This document shows positions 7,553 through 16,713 of a DNA stretch of 52,065 nucleotides, piece by piece (within the stretch, counting starts at the first letter, position 1; each line of letters opens with the position of its first letter). Below the pieces are notes generated by a model, which searched no databases, was not told the origin of the DNA, and saw nothing but the letters and a program-made list of their open reading frames with translations. A program made the translations under genes and the position numbers. The stretch comes from a bacterium. GTDB lineage: Bacteria; Patescibacteriota; Minisyncoccia; Moranbacterales; UBA2206. The stretch is taken from the NCBI GenBank assembly GCA_021788105.1, contig JAJYKZ010000004.1:1-52065 (forward strand). Direction: 5' to 3'.

Positions 7553-7652
7553 TTGTTGTTAATACAATCGACAAATTAAAAAAGTATTTTACTTTTAGGC
7601 AAAATACTCTCGCATCTGTTTAATTAAAAACTAAAAATAAATAGTCCGAAAT

Positions 7653-8378
7653 TTATTTATAACTTCCCTGAGCGTTTTGGCTGGCCCAGTCGAGCAGCCA
7701 TTTTTTTTGTGCGACGCTTACGCCGCCCCGGAAAAGTTTCGATTCATCAAGCGCCTGATCCATCGGCCAGCCTTGGACGGCATAGCGATAGAGCGCGACC
7801 ATCGTGCCGGCGCGTCCGATGCCGCCGCGGCAATGAACTTCGGCCGGCAGGTTGTTCGGATCAGCCATAAATTTCAAAAATTCTTGCGCTTGTCCGTCGG
7901 TCGGCGGCTGGCCGTCAATGATTTGCAAGTGAAGATAATGCAAACCCAATCCATTGAAACCGGGAATTTTCGAATCGTCCGCTTGCTCGCCGTGATCGTT
8001 GTCGATGCGCACATCAATGTCGCCTTTCCAGCCATTGGCCTTCATCCATTGGAATCCAGAAAGAAGCGGCTGGCCGGAACGGGAAAGAACGCCCGGAACG
8101 GAAACGGCAAACGACCACAGTCCGTAATCGGCCGGCGCGCCAGCCGGAAGATTTTGGCGCGGCCCGACAAAAGAAACGACCGGCTGCTCAGACTGGATCC
8201 GGAGCGGCGGTTTTGGTTCGTCCGAGTCGGAATTTTCAGCTGGAACGGTTGCTGATTGGGGGGCGGCAAAGCTGTTCGGGCGGCGGAGAAAATGGATTTT
8301 GATCGCGGCAAAGCCGGCGGCCAGAATTATTAAAACGGCCAGCGCCGGAAAAATTATTTTTTTGCGAAAAATTTTCAT
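7653..8378 (-). CDS. Membrane-anchored or exported protein tyrosine/dual-specificity phosphatase
   Basis: CX5R loop VHCRGGIGRAG; N-terminal hydrophobic anchor after MKIFRKK (ATG 8378 preferred). Confidence 0.85.
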   Translation of the reverse strand: MKIFRKKIIFPALAVLIILAAGFAAIKIHFLRRPNSFAAPQSATVPAENSDSDEPKPPLRIQSEQPVVSFVGPRQNLPAGAPADYGLWSFAVSVPGVLSRSGQPLLSGFQWMKANGWKGDIDVRIDNDHGEQADDSKIPGFNGLGLHYLHLQIIDGQPPTDGQAQEFLKFMADPNNLPAEVHCRGGIGRAGTMVALYRYAVQGWPMDQALDESKLFRGGVSVAQKKWLLDWASQNAQGSYK

Positions 8379-8462
8379 AGGGAAATACTTTATAATTCTA
8401 CAATATGCCGCCATATTCGGAAAGCTGTTGAAAAATCCGTTAAAACACAAAAAATCATGAAG

Positions 8463-8471
8463 TTATCCACA
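8463..8471 (+). promoter_or_regulatory. Single DnaA-box consensus in a divergent intergenic region
   Basis: TTATCCACA exact match; isolated copy. Confidence 0.35.
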
Positions 8472-8557
8472 GGATGAGGTTTGCATCGGATTTGTTTTTT
8501 TAACTAAAAAACAATAAAATTATGGTGTAATCAAAATAATTAAATAAATAAAACAAA

Positions 8558-9781
8558 ATGCGCAAAATCAAAAAGACGCCCGCCCTGGTAATTGCAATTG
8601 CATTCCTCTTTGTTTTGGGAATATCTTTTGCCGGATACCTGGGAGCCAGAAAATCCGCCCATGCGGACGACAATGAACAGGAAATGGAAAGCGGAGACGG
8701 CAATCAGGCTAATGTCGGCCAGCAGGAAAATGATAACGAGGACGGCAGCCAGCCGACCAATAATGAAGATGGCAAGAGCGCTACTTCCAACATGAACAAC
8801 ACTAATCATGAAAATGAAAACGGGAATGGAAGCAAATCGAGCGCAAACAAAAACGGCAGTGAAAAAGAAAACGAGAGTGAAAATAAGAATGGAAACAGTT
8901 CTTCTTCGAATTCGAACAGCGGCAGCGCGACTGTCAGCGGGGCCGTACAAGACTTGGCCCAGCAGGTAGTTGTTTTGGACAAAGAAGTCGCTCAGGCTGA
9001 AGCGCAGATCAATACGATTTCGGCAACCGGCGGCGATGCGACTGCCTATACCGCTTCGCTTAATAATGTAAAGAGCTTGGTCAGCCAGATCCAATCGGAC
9101 ATTACTGCTAACAATACGGCCGGAGCGCAAACTTTGGTGCAGCAGGCGCACGAACAAATCGGGAATTTGAAAGATTCGCTCGGTTCGGCTTTGGGGGATG
9201 CGGAAGAAAATGACAACGGTGCCGGCGATACGGCCGAAAATGAAAATGAAAACCAAAATCAGAGTGCAAACGCAAATCAAAATGCAAATGCCAGCCAAAA
9301 CGCGAATCAAAATAATAAAGCAGTCGCGGCGGAAGACAATAACAGCTCTGATCAGCCGGTTGTAAAGCAATATAAAAATACTGTGGCTCAATTTGTTCAT
9401 AATCTTCAAACAGTGGCCAGTCAGAATACCGGTAATGGAATCGGACAACAGGTAAGCGCGATCGCCAAGGCTCAAGATGATTCTCAAGCCAAGGTGGCTG
9501 CAGCATTGGATGATGCCGGCAGTCGGGGAGGATTTATGACCTTTTTGATCGGTCCGAAGTATGGGGATCTAAGCACGGTGAAAAATGAAATTACCGCCAA
9601 TCAGACTCAAATCCAATCCTTGAATCAGGTAATGGGCCAATTGCAGGACCAGAATTCCAAAAGCGTGATCCAAGATCAAATAAACGCTTTGCAAAATCAG
9701 AACAATAGTTTGCAGCAGTTTGTCAGTAGCAATGAAAATAAAGTCAGCATCTTTGGATGGCTGGTGAAGTTATTCAGCTAA
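8558..9781 (+). CDS. Secreted low-complexity (N/E/Q/S-rich) coiled-coil protein
   Basis: Signal peptide ending SAHA; ENENEN and NANQN repeats; C-terminal FLIGPKY and amphipathic IFGWLVKLFS. Confidence 0.85.
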   Translation: MRKIKKTPALVIAIAFLFVLGISFAGYLGARKSAHADDNEQEMESGDGNQANVGQQENDNEDGSQPTNNEDGKSATSNMNNTNHENENGNGSKSSANKNGSEKENESENKNGNSSSSNSNSGSATVSGAVQDLAQQVVVLDKEVAQAEAQINTISATGGDATAYTASLNNVKSLVSQIQSDITANNTAGAQTLVQQAHEQIGNLKDSLGSALGDAEENDNGAGDTAENENENQNQSANANQNANASQNANQNNKAVAAEDNNSSDQPVVKQYKNTVAQFVHNLQTVASQNTGNGIGQQVSAIAKAQDDSQAKVAAALDDAGSRGGFMTFLIGPKYGDLSTVKNEITANQTQIQSLNQVMGQLQDQNSKSVIQDQINALQNQNNSLQQFVSSNENKVSIFGWLVKLFS

Positions 9782-9799
9782 AAACAAAATTAAAATAAA

Positions 9800-9829
9800 A
9801 AAAGAACCTGCTGCGAGGCGGGTTCTTTT
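9800..9829 (+). terminator. Rho-independent terminator
   Basis: AAAAGAACCTGC-TGCGAG-GCGGGTTCTTTT. Confidence 0.8.
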
Positions 9830-9932
9830 GTATTAAAATTATATCGCGAAAAACATCAAAGCGCGCTTCCTATTTTTAACGCAAGGTGATATAATTTTAA
9901 AAACTTCTTCTAAAAAGTAAATCAAAATTGCA

Positions 9933-10784
9933 ATGGAAATTTTACAAAAATTCCGGCAATCGGCGCTGGCTTGGTTTATGTCTCACGGCCCCCGGATCGT
10001 AATAATAATGCTGGCGGCCTATTTGCTTTATCGCTTCAGTTTCGTTTTTATCGAACGTTTTATCAGACAGGCGGTCAAGAGCAATCATTTTCTGACCAAA
10101 GAAGCTGAAAAAAAGAGAGAGGATACGCTCATCGGCGCTTTTGACGGAACGACCAAAGTTTTGATCTGGGTGATTACGGTCATTATGATTCTTTCGGAAG
10201 GAGGAATTAACGTCGGGCCTATTTTGGCGGCGGCCGGAGTGGCCGGCTTGGCTCTTGGCTTCGGCGCCCAGTATTTGATTAAGGATGTCATTTCCGGTTT
10301 GTTCATAATTTTGGAAAACCAATACCGCGTGGGGGATGTAGTTTGTCTGAACGGTGATTGCGGAGTGGTGGAAAACATAACTTTGCGGATGACGGTTCTG
10401 AGGGATATGGACGGCACGGTCCATCACGTTTCCAACGGTGAAGTGAAAAATGCCTCCAATATGTCCAAATATTTTTCCCGGGTTAATATCAACGTCGGCA
10501 TTTCTTACAATGAAAATCTGGAAAAGGTCATCAGCGTTGTCAATGCCGTTGGAAAACAGCTGGCGGAAGATCCGGAATGGGCGCCGCACATTATCAAACC
10601 GATGGAGTTTTTGCGCATAGACGATTTTGCCGACTCGGCCGTTATCATAAAAATTCTCGGCGAAACCAAGCCACTGAAGCAATGGGATGTGGCCGGCGAA
10701 TTCAGAAAGCGGCTGAAAATGGCATTCGACAAGGACGGAATCGAATTTCCATTTCCGCAAACCGTGGTGCATATTGAGAAATAA
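9933..10784 (+). CDS. Small-conductance mechanosensitive channel (MscS family)
   Basis: AGVAGLALGFGAQYLIKDVISGLFIILENQYRVGDVV; GIEFPFPQ. Confidence 0.94.
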   Translation: MEILQKFRQSALAWFMSHGPRIVIIMLAAYLLYRFSFVFIERFIRQAVKSNHFLTKEAEKKREDTLIGAFDGTTKVLIWVITVIMILSEGGINVGPILAAAGVAGLALGFGAQYLIKDVISGLFIILENQYRVGDVVCLNGDCGVVENITLRMTVLRDMDGTVHHVSNGEVKNASNMSKYFSRVNINVGISYNENLEKVISVVNAVGKQLAEDPEWAPHIIKPMEFLRIDDFADSAVIIKILGETKPLKQWDVAGEFRKRLKMAFDKDGIEFPFPQTVVHIEK

Positions 10785-10821
10785 CTTTTTCAATATAAAA
10801 TAAAAATTAAGACAAACCGAC

Positions 10822-13203
10822 ATGGATTACCAAGGGCTTACTCAAAAAATTGCCGAAGAAAAACTTCAGCAATTCGGGTTAAATGAAATTTCAGAAAAAA
10901 AACCCGGAATATTTAAAAAACTTTTTCAATGGATCATTTCTCCTATTTCTCTGATGCTGGCCGCGGCTGCCATTCTCTCGCTGGTGAGCGGAAGAATTTT
11001 TGATTTCTATTTCATTCTGGTCCTGATGGCGCTTAACTTCTTGATCAGTTTCTGGCAGGAAAAAAAGGCCGACAACGCCATCGAAAAACTGCAACAGAAA
11101 CTTTCTGTGCGGGCGAAAATTCTGCGAGACGGGAAATGGCAAGAGATCGATTCGAAGTTTATTGCCCCGGGGGATGTTATCGAACTTAATCTTGGAGACA
11201 TTATTCCGGCCGACATAAAAATTCTGGAAGAGAAAAATTTGAGCGTCAATGAAGCGGCGCTGACCGGAGAATCTTTGCCGAAGGACAAGAATCCGGAAGA
11301 CCAATGCTATTCCGGGTCGTTTGTCGCGGTCGGATGGGCGCGGGCGGAAGTTTTAGCGACCGGAAAAAATACTTATTTCGGAAAAATTTTAATCTCGATC
11401 GACCGGACGTATCGGCGCAGCCTTTTGGAGCGGGATATTTTAAATATTTCCAAACTGCTCTCCATTTTGAGTTTCATCGCGGTAATTATTCTGACGTCAT
11501 ATTTCCTTTTCGAGGGAAAGCCGATTTTGGAATTGATCACGCTTGACTTGAGTCTGGTGATTGCCGGCATCCCGATAAGCCTGCCGACTATCATGACGCT
11601 TATTATCAATTTCGGCGTCCTGGGCCTGGCGAAAAAAAATACGATCGTCCGCCGCTTGTCTGCTTTGGAAGATTTGGCCAACGTCGACCTGCTTTTGAGC
11701 GATAAGACCGGAACACTGACCAAAAACGAAATTAATGTAGATAAAATAGTCTGTTATAGCGGTTGTACGGAAAACGACGTCGTGACATGGGCTTCTTTCA
11801 CCACAAGGGAGAACGACCGCAATCCGATCAATACTGCGATAATAAAAAAGAAAGCGGCGCTTAAAATCAGTACCGATCATAAAGTTATTGATTTTACTCC
11901 TTTCGATTCGGACAGAAAAAGAAGCTCGGCTCTGGTGGAATTTCAAAATGAAAAATTGCTGGTCGTGGACGGCGCTTCCCAGATAATCGAGCCTTTCTGC
12001 GGCATTGACGGCGCGACGCGCGATCAATTCGCGAAAGATATTAAAGAAGCGGCCCAGCAAGGTTACCGGACAGTGGCAGTGGCGGTTAAAAAAGGCGGAA
12101 GCACGGAAGAAAAAGATATGACTTTGGCCGGCATGCTCATGCTGTCCGATACTTTGGAGAAAGGGGTCAAGAACACGATTAAGTTCATCAAAAACAATGG
12201 CATCGAAATAAAGATGCTTACCGGCGACAATATCGCCATCGCGGAAAGAGTTTCCGGCGACATCGGGCTTGCGGGAGAGGTGGCCAATGAAAAAATCTTG
12301 GAGAAAAAATTAAAGGATTTGTCCGAAGACGAATTTGAAAAAGTCGGAACGTTTGCCGAAATTCTTCCGGCCGACAAATATGATCTTGTCCAGGTGGGGA
12401 GGAAAAATCATGTCGTGGCGGTGACGGGCGATGGAGTCAATGATCTGCCGGCTTTGAAAACGGCGGACGTGGGAATTGCGGTTCGAAATGCGGTGGATGC
12501 TCTGAAGAGCGCTGCCGATCTGGCGCTTTTGTCCAGCGGAATTTCGGTTATTCGCGATGCCATCATAGAATCGCGCAAAATTTTTGCGCGGCTTTATACC
12601 TATTCGGTCTATCGAATCTCGGAAAGTTTTCGGGTGATCGTAACAATCGCCCTGCTGGGTCTCATCTACGGATTTTATCCGCTGACTCCGATCCAACTGA
12701 TTCTTTTGGCGCTCCTCAACGACATTCCGATAATTTCTCTGGCGTTTAATCGGGTGAGAATCGCGACCAAGCCTTCCCGTATCAACGCGAAATCCAGAAT
12801 GATTAGCAGTCTTTCGTTCGGTACGGTCGGAATCGCGAACAGCTTCCTGTTCTTTATTTTGGCCAGGAATATTTTCCATATGAATATGGATGTCGTCCAG
12901 ACGCTTTTCTTTTTGAAACTGACAATTTCCGGCCACATGCTGATTTACGTGGCGCACACCCGCGAACGTTGGTGGAAATATCTGCCGAGTTCCCAGGTTA
13001 TCATTGCAACTTTTGCCACGCAGATCTTGGCGACGATTTTCGCCGCGGTCGGATTGTTCATGAGCAAAGCGCCGATCGGATGGATAATCTTTATTTGGAT
13101 TTGGGCGCTCTTCTGGATGCAGGTCACTGAACTGACCAAGGATTTGGAAAAGAAATTTGCGCCGCCTGTTCCCGCGCAACTGGAAAGCAAGCAGGGAGTC
13201 TAG
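10822..13203 (+). CDS. P-type ATPase, probable plasma-membrane H+-efflux (P3A) type
   Basis: LTGES, IAGIPISLP, SDKTGTLTKN, MLTGDN, TGDGVNDLPALK, SRKIFARLYTYSVYRI, LLNDIPII. Confidence 0.9.
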   Translation: MDYQGLTQKIAEEKLQQFGLNEISEKKPGIFKKLFQWIISPISLMLAAAAILSLVSGRIFDFYFILVLMALNFLISFWQEKKADNAIEKLQQKLSVRAKILRDGKWQEIDSKFIAPGDVIELNLGDIIPADIKILEEKNLSVNEAALTGESLPKDKNPEDQCYSGSFVAVGWARAEVLATGKNTYFGKILISIDRTYRRSLLERDILNISKLLSILSFIAVIILTSYFLFEGKPILELITLDLSLVIAGIPISLPTIMTLIINFGVLGLAKKNTIVRRLSALEDLANVDLLLSDKTGTLTKNEINVDKIVCYSGCTENDVVTWASFTTRENDRNPINTAIIKKKAALKISTDHKVIDFTPFDSDRKRSSALVEFQNEKLLVVDGASQIIEPFCGIDGATRDQFAKDIKEAAQQGYRTVAVAVKKGGSTEEKDMTLAGMLMLSDTLEKGVKNTIKFIKNNGIEIKMLTGDNIAIAERVSGDIGLAGEVANEKILEKKLKDLSEDEFEKVGTFAEILPADKYDLVQVGRKNHVVAVTGDGVNDLPALKTADVGIAVRNAVDALKSAADLALLSSGISVIRDAIIESRKIFARLYTYSVYRISESFRVIVTIALLGLIYGFYPLTPIQLILLALLNDIPIISLAFNRVRIATKPSRINAKSRMISSLSFGTVGIANSFLFFILARNIFHMNMDVVQTLFFLKLTISGHMLIYVAHTRERWWKYLPSSQVIIATFATQILATIFAAVGLFMSKAPIGWIIFIWIWALFWMQVTELTKDLEKKFAPPVPAQLESKQGV

Positions 13204-13227
13204 AATAGAACCAAACTTTTAAATTTT

Positions 13228-13255
13228 AAAAGCCTCGCCTGAAGCGGGGTTTTTT
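13228..13255 (+). terminator. Rho-independent terminator
   Basis: AAAAGCCTCGC-CTGAA-GCGGGGTTTTTT. Confidence 0.75.
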
Positions 13256-13311
13256 GATAGAATAAATTCACGAGCGGCTTTTCTTTATAGAATGCAAAAT
13301 AAATTTTTTCT

Positions 13312-13340
13312 TTGACTCTTTATTCCGAAAAAGCTATAAT
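13312..13340 (+). promoter_or_regulatory. Sigma70-type promoter of the ECF sigma operon
   Basis: TTGACT, 17-nt spacer, TATAAT. Confidence 0.7.
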
Positions 13341-13362
13341 TTACACTCGGTAAATATAACAG

Positions 13363-13938
13363 ATGCAAAACGACGAACAATTGATCGCGGAAGCGCTGGC
13401 GGGAAATGAAGAGGCTTTTAATGAAATAGTCAGGCGCTACCTGAAGATCGTTTATAATTTTCTCCTGCCGTTCACCAAAGATTCGGCCAACGCGGAAGAC
13501 ATTGCCCAAGATACTTTCATCAAGGCTTGGAAAAATTTGGGCCGCTATAAAAAAGAGAAAGGCAAATTCAAAGCTTGGCTTTTGACGATCGCCCGCAATA
13601 CGGCTTTTGATTTTTTGAAAAAGAAAAAGGCGGTTCCGATTTCTTTTTTTGAAGACGCGGAAGGAAATAATCCGTTCGAAACGATTAATGACGAAAAGCC
13701 TTTGCCGGATGAAATTTTGGAAAAAAAGGACATTGCCGAACGGATGGAAATAATTCTCAAAGAACTTCCCGAACGTTTCCAGCCGGTTCTTCTGCTATAT
13801 TACAAAGAAGGATTTAATCTGGCCGAGATCGCTGAAATTTTGGGCCGGCCGCTAAATACGGTTAAAAGCTGGCACCGCCGAGGGCTGATGGCCCTAAAGG
13901 ATAAATTAAATGCACCCGGAAACAAGCTAATTTCGTAG
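13363..13938 (+). CDS. ECF RNA polymerase sigma factor
   Basis: AEDIAQDTFIKAW, FKAWLLTIARN, LAEIAEILGRPLNTVKS. Confidence 0.95.
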   Translation: MQNDEQLIAEALAGNEEAFNEIVRRYLKIVYNFLLPFTKDSANAEDIAQDTFIKAWKNLGRYKKEKGKFKAWLLTIARNTAFDFLKKKKAVPISFFEDAEGNNPFETINDEKPLPDEILEKKDIAERMEIILKELPERFQPVLLLYYKEGFNLAEIAEILGRPLNTVKSWHRRGLMALKDKLNAPGNKLIS

Positions 13939-13949
13939 TAAAAAACAAT

Positions 13950-14351
13950 ATGGGGAAATTGCAAACAATATTTTCAAAAATAGAATATCAGGATCCGCCG
14001 GCCGGTTTGGAAAGCCGGATTATTCAAAAAATAAGCTTGCTTAGGGGAAAAAGCGTCCGAAAGAAATTGATTTTGGATTATTTGGGGCTGGCTTTTTCTC
14101 TGGCCGGTTTTGTTTATGCCACCCTTATCTTCAGAAGCGATCTTTTACATTCCAGCTTCCTGAGCTTGGTTTCTCTGCTGTTTTCCGATATTTCTATTGT
14201 ACTGGCCCATTGGCAGGATTTTGTTTTCTCGCTGCTTGAAACCTTTCCGGTCCTCTCTGCCGTATATCTGTTGGTGCCGGTTATTTTCTTTTTAATGTTT
14301 TTAAAATTGTTTTTTAATTTAAATTCCAATAATCATTATTCATTAAGATAA
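13950..14351 (+). CDS. Putative membrane anti-sigma factor
   Basis: Follows the ECF sigma; short soluble N-terminus (DPPAGLESRII) then TM helices. Confidence 0.65.
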   Translation: MGKLQTIFSKIEYQDPPAGLESRIIQKISLLRGKSVRKKLILDYLGLAFSLAGFVYATLIFRSDLLHSSFLSLVSLLFSDISIVLAHWQDFVFSLLETFPVLSAVYLLVPVIFFLMFLKLFFNLNSNNHYSLR

Positions 14352-14355
14352 ATAT

Positions 14356-14835
14356 ATGGGTCTTAAAGAAATTATCCAATCAAAAAAATTCAAAATCGTG
14401 ATTGCGATCCTGGCCAGTTTCGTGGTGGCAGTCCTGATTTTTATTACCGGCATGCTGGTCGGTTATCGCAAGGCGCGTTTTTCCGACCGCTTTGGAGAAA
14501 ATTATTACGTCAACTTTGTCGGAACGCGCCGCGGTCCGGCGGAATTTCTTGACGACGCGGAAGGAAGAGGTTATCGCAACGCGGACGGAGTATCCGGCAC
14601 GATTATTTCTATCAATGGAAATAATTTGGCCGTTAAAGATAAAAATAATAATGAAAATAACGTGGCCGTTACAGGAAAGACAATTATAAAATCGATGGGC
14701 CGGACGATTCAGGCCTCTGATTTGAAAATGAATGATCAAGTCGTGGTGCTGGGACAGCCGGACAACAGCGGTTCGATCAATGCCATTTTAATTCGCGTAT
14801 TTAATAATTCTAACGGAAACAATAATCAAAATTAA
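14356..14835 (+). CDS. Membrane-anchored small beta-barrel protein (DUF5666-like)
   Basis: TM, then GTIISING and SDLKMNDQVVVLG...GSINA pattern; similar to 17967-18437. Confidence 0.65.
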   Translation: MGLKEIIQSKKFKIVIAILASFVVAVLIFITGMLVGYRKARFSDRFGENYYVNFVGTRRGPAEFLDDAEGRGYRNADGVSGTIISINGNNLAVKDKNNNENNVAVTGKTIIKSMGRTIQASDLKMNDQVVVLGQPDNSGSINAILIRVFNNSNGNNNQN

Positions 14836-14836
14836 T

Positions 14837-16012
14837 ATGAAGAAAAAGTATATTTGGCTGATTATAATCATTGTTGCCATCGGAGGAAGTTATTATTGGT
14901 ACCATAAAACCCATGCTAATACTGTCCAGACCCGGTACGTAACTGCTCCGGCAGCCACGGGAACAATTATTACTTCGGTTTCCGGAAGCGGCAATGTCAT
15001 TGTCGGCAACCAGGCGTCGGTTGATCCGACCATCACCGGAACAGTAGCCAATCTTTCGGTAAATGTCGGAGATTCAGTCAAGGCCGGACAGGCGCTTTTT
15101 ACAATCGTTAATGATCAGCTGGGAACGGCAGCGCAACAGGCCCAGGTTTCTTACGAGAACGCAAAAAGCTCTTTGGATTCGTCCAAGGCCAATGAGAAAC
15201 AGGCCAAATATAATCTTAGCCATAATAATTCAGGACTGGCCCAAAAACAGATATTGGAAAATAAATTATCATCATCCAAAATATCGGAAAACGCCGCGGA
15301 ACAAAACGTAACTGTGGCAGAAGCTAATTATCAGAATGCTCTTTCGGACGCGGGCAAGCGGACGGTGGTTTCTCCGATGAACGGAACGGTGCTGGCGATC
15401 AATGTTAAAAACGGAGATGATTTGGGAAAATCAAGCGGAAGCTCCAGCTCCAGCCAGGCTCCAATGATCATCGGAGATTTGGGTACGCTGGAAGCGCAAG
15501 TCCAGGTTAATGAAGTGGACATTCCTAATGTTAAGATCGGGCAAAAAGCCACGATGACTTTTGATGCGATCAACGGGCTGACTGTTACGGGTAAAGTTGA
15601 AAAGATGGATTCCTTGGGAACTGTTTCCCAGGGAGTGGTCACCTATAACGTTACAATCAGTTTCGATTCGGCCAATTCGCAGATTAAACCGGGGATGAGC
15701 GTTTCCGCTTCCATTATTACGGCAGTCAAACAAGATGTTCTGACCGTTCCAAATGGTGCGGTGAAGGTTCAGAACGGCGGCAATTATGTCGAAGTGCTAA
15801 AAAATAATGCGCCGCAGCAAGTTCCGGTGCAAGCGGGAATTTCCAATGATACGGAAACGGAAATTACCGGCGGAATCAGTTCGGGAACGCAGGTTGTGAC
15901 CCAAACGATCGATCCGAATGCCAAAACTGCTACGACTGCAACTTCCGGGGGATTCGGCGGCGGAGGCGGACGGGTTGGCGGCGGTGCGGCCTTTCGAGCG
16001 TTCGGAGGATAA
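14837..16012 (+). CDS. Efflux membrane-fusion/adaptor protein (MacA-like)
   Basis: N-terminal TM, VNVGDSVKAGQAL lipoyl half, coiled coil, VNEVDIPNVKIGQKA, KPGMSV. Confidence 0.92.
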   Translation: MKKKYIWLIIIIVAIGGSYYWYHKTHANTVQTRYVTAPAATGTIITSVSGSGNVIVGNQASVDPTITGTVANLSVNVGDSVKAGQALFTIVNDQLGTAAQQAQVSYENAKSSLDSSKANEKQAKYNLSHNNSGLAQKQILENKLSSSKISENAAEQNVTVAEANYQNALSDAGKRTVVSPMNGTVLAINVKNGDDLGKSSGSSSSSQAPMIIGDLGTLEAQVQVNEVDIPNVKIGQKATMTFDAINGLTVTGKVEKMDSLGTVSQGVVTYNVTISFDSANSQIKPGMSVSASIITAVKQDVLTVPNGAVKVQNGGNYVEVLKNNAPQQVPVQAGISNDTETEITGGISSGTQVVTQTIDPNAKTATTATSGGFGGGGGRVGGGAAFRAFGG

Positions 16013-16021
16013 ACAACTACT

Positions 16022-16711
16022 ATGATTGAATGTAAAAATTTAGTTAAAACATATAAAAATGGAGACGTTGAAACGACGGCCCTGAAAGGAGTTTCTTTTA
16101 AGATTGAGAAGGGGGAATTCGTTTCCATTATCGGTCCGTCCGGATCGGGAAAATCGACGCTCATGCATATTTTGGGAGCGTTGGATTCGCCGACGAGCGG
16201 AGAGTATTTTTTGGATGGCCGCGAAGTGTCAAAGTTGAACGATGACGAGCTTTCGGAAATGAGAAAAAACAAGATCGGTTTTGTTTTTCAGGCGTTCAAT
16301 CTGTTGCCGCGGGCGACAGTGCTGCGCAACGTGATGCTCCCGCTTCTGTTTACCAGCACTTCTCCGAAAGAGCGTGAAGCGCGGGCGCGCGAAGCCTTGA
16401 AATATGCCGGCATGGATGAAAACAAATTCTACAATCTTTCCAATCAGCTTTCCGGCGGACAAATGCAAAGGGTGGCGATCGCCCGGGCGCTGATTAATGA
16501 GCCGGCGATTATTCTGGCTGACGAGCCGACTGGAAATCTGGATACAAAAACCAGCCACGTTGTGATGGAAGCATTTCAGGAACTTCACAAAAAAGGACAT
16601 ACTATTATCCTCATCACGCATGAACCGGAAATCGCAGCCTACGCCGAGCGTGTCATTTCGGTCCGCGACGGCGTTATTGAAAAAGATGAAAAAAATAAGC
16701 AAAGTTTATAA
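16022..16711 (+). CDS. ABC ATP-binding protein (MacB/LolD type)
   Basis: [33 protein letters not shown]. Confidence 0.95.
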   Translation: MIECKNLVKTYKNGDVETTALKGVSFKIEKGEFVSIIGPSGSGKSTLMHILGALDSPTSGEYFLDGREVSKLNDDELSEMRKNKIGFVFQAFNLLPRATVLRNVMLPLLFTSTSPKEREARAREALKYAGMDENKFYNLSNQLSGGQMQRVAIARALINEPAIILADEPTGNLDTKTSHVVMEAFQELHKKGHTIILITHEPEIAAYAERVISVRDGVIEKDEKNKQSL

Positions 16712-16713
16712 TT

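Noticed and set aside
8463-8471. DnaA box as evidence for oriC
   Set aside because: Single box, no cluster, and no dnaA or dnaN nearby
8540-9487. 315-aa minus-strand hydrophobic ORF
   Set aside because: Antisense shadow of the low-complexity secreted protein 8558-9781
9942-13179. Long minus-strand ORFs (293, 289 and 187 aa) opposite MscS and the P-type ATPase
   Set aside because: Shadow ORFs of strongly supported + strand genes
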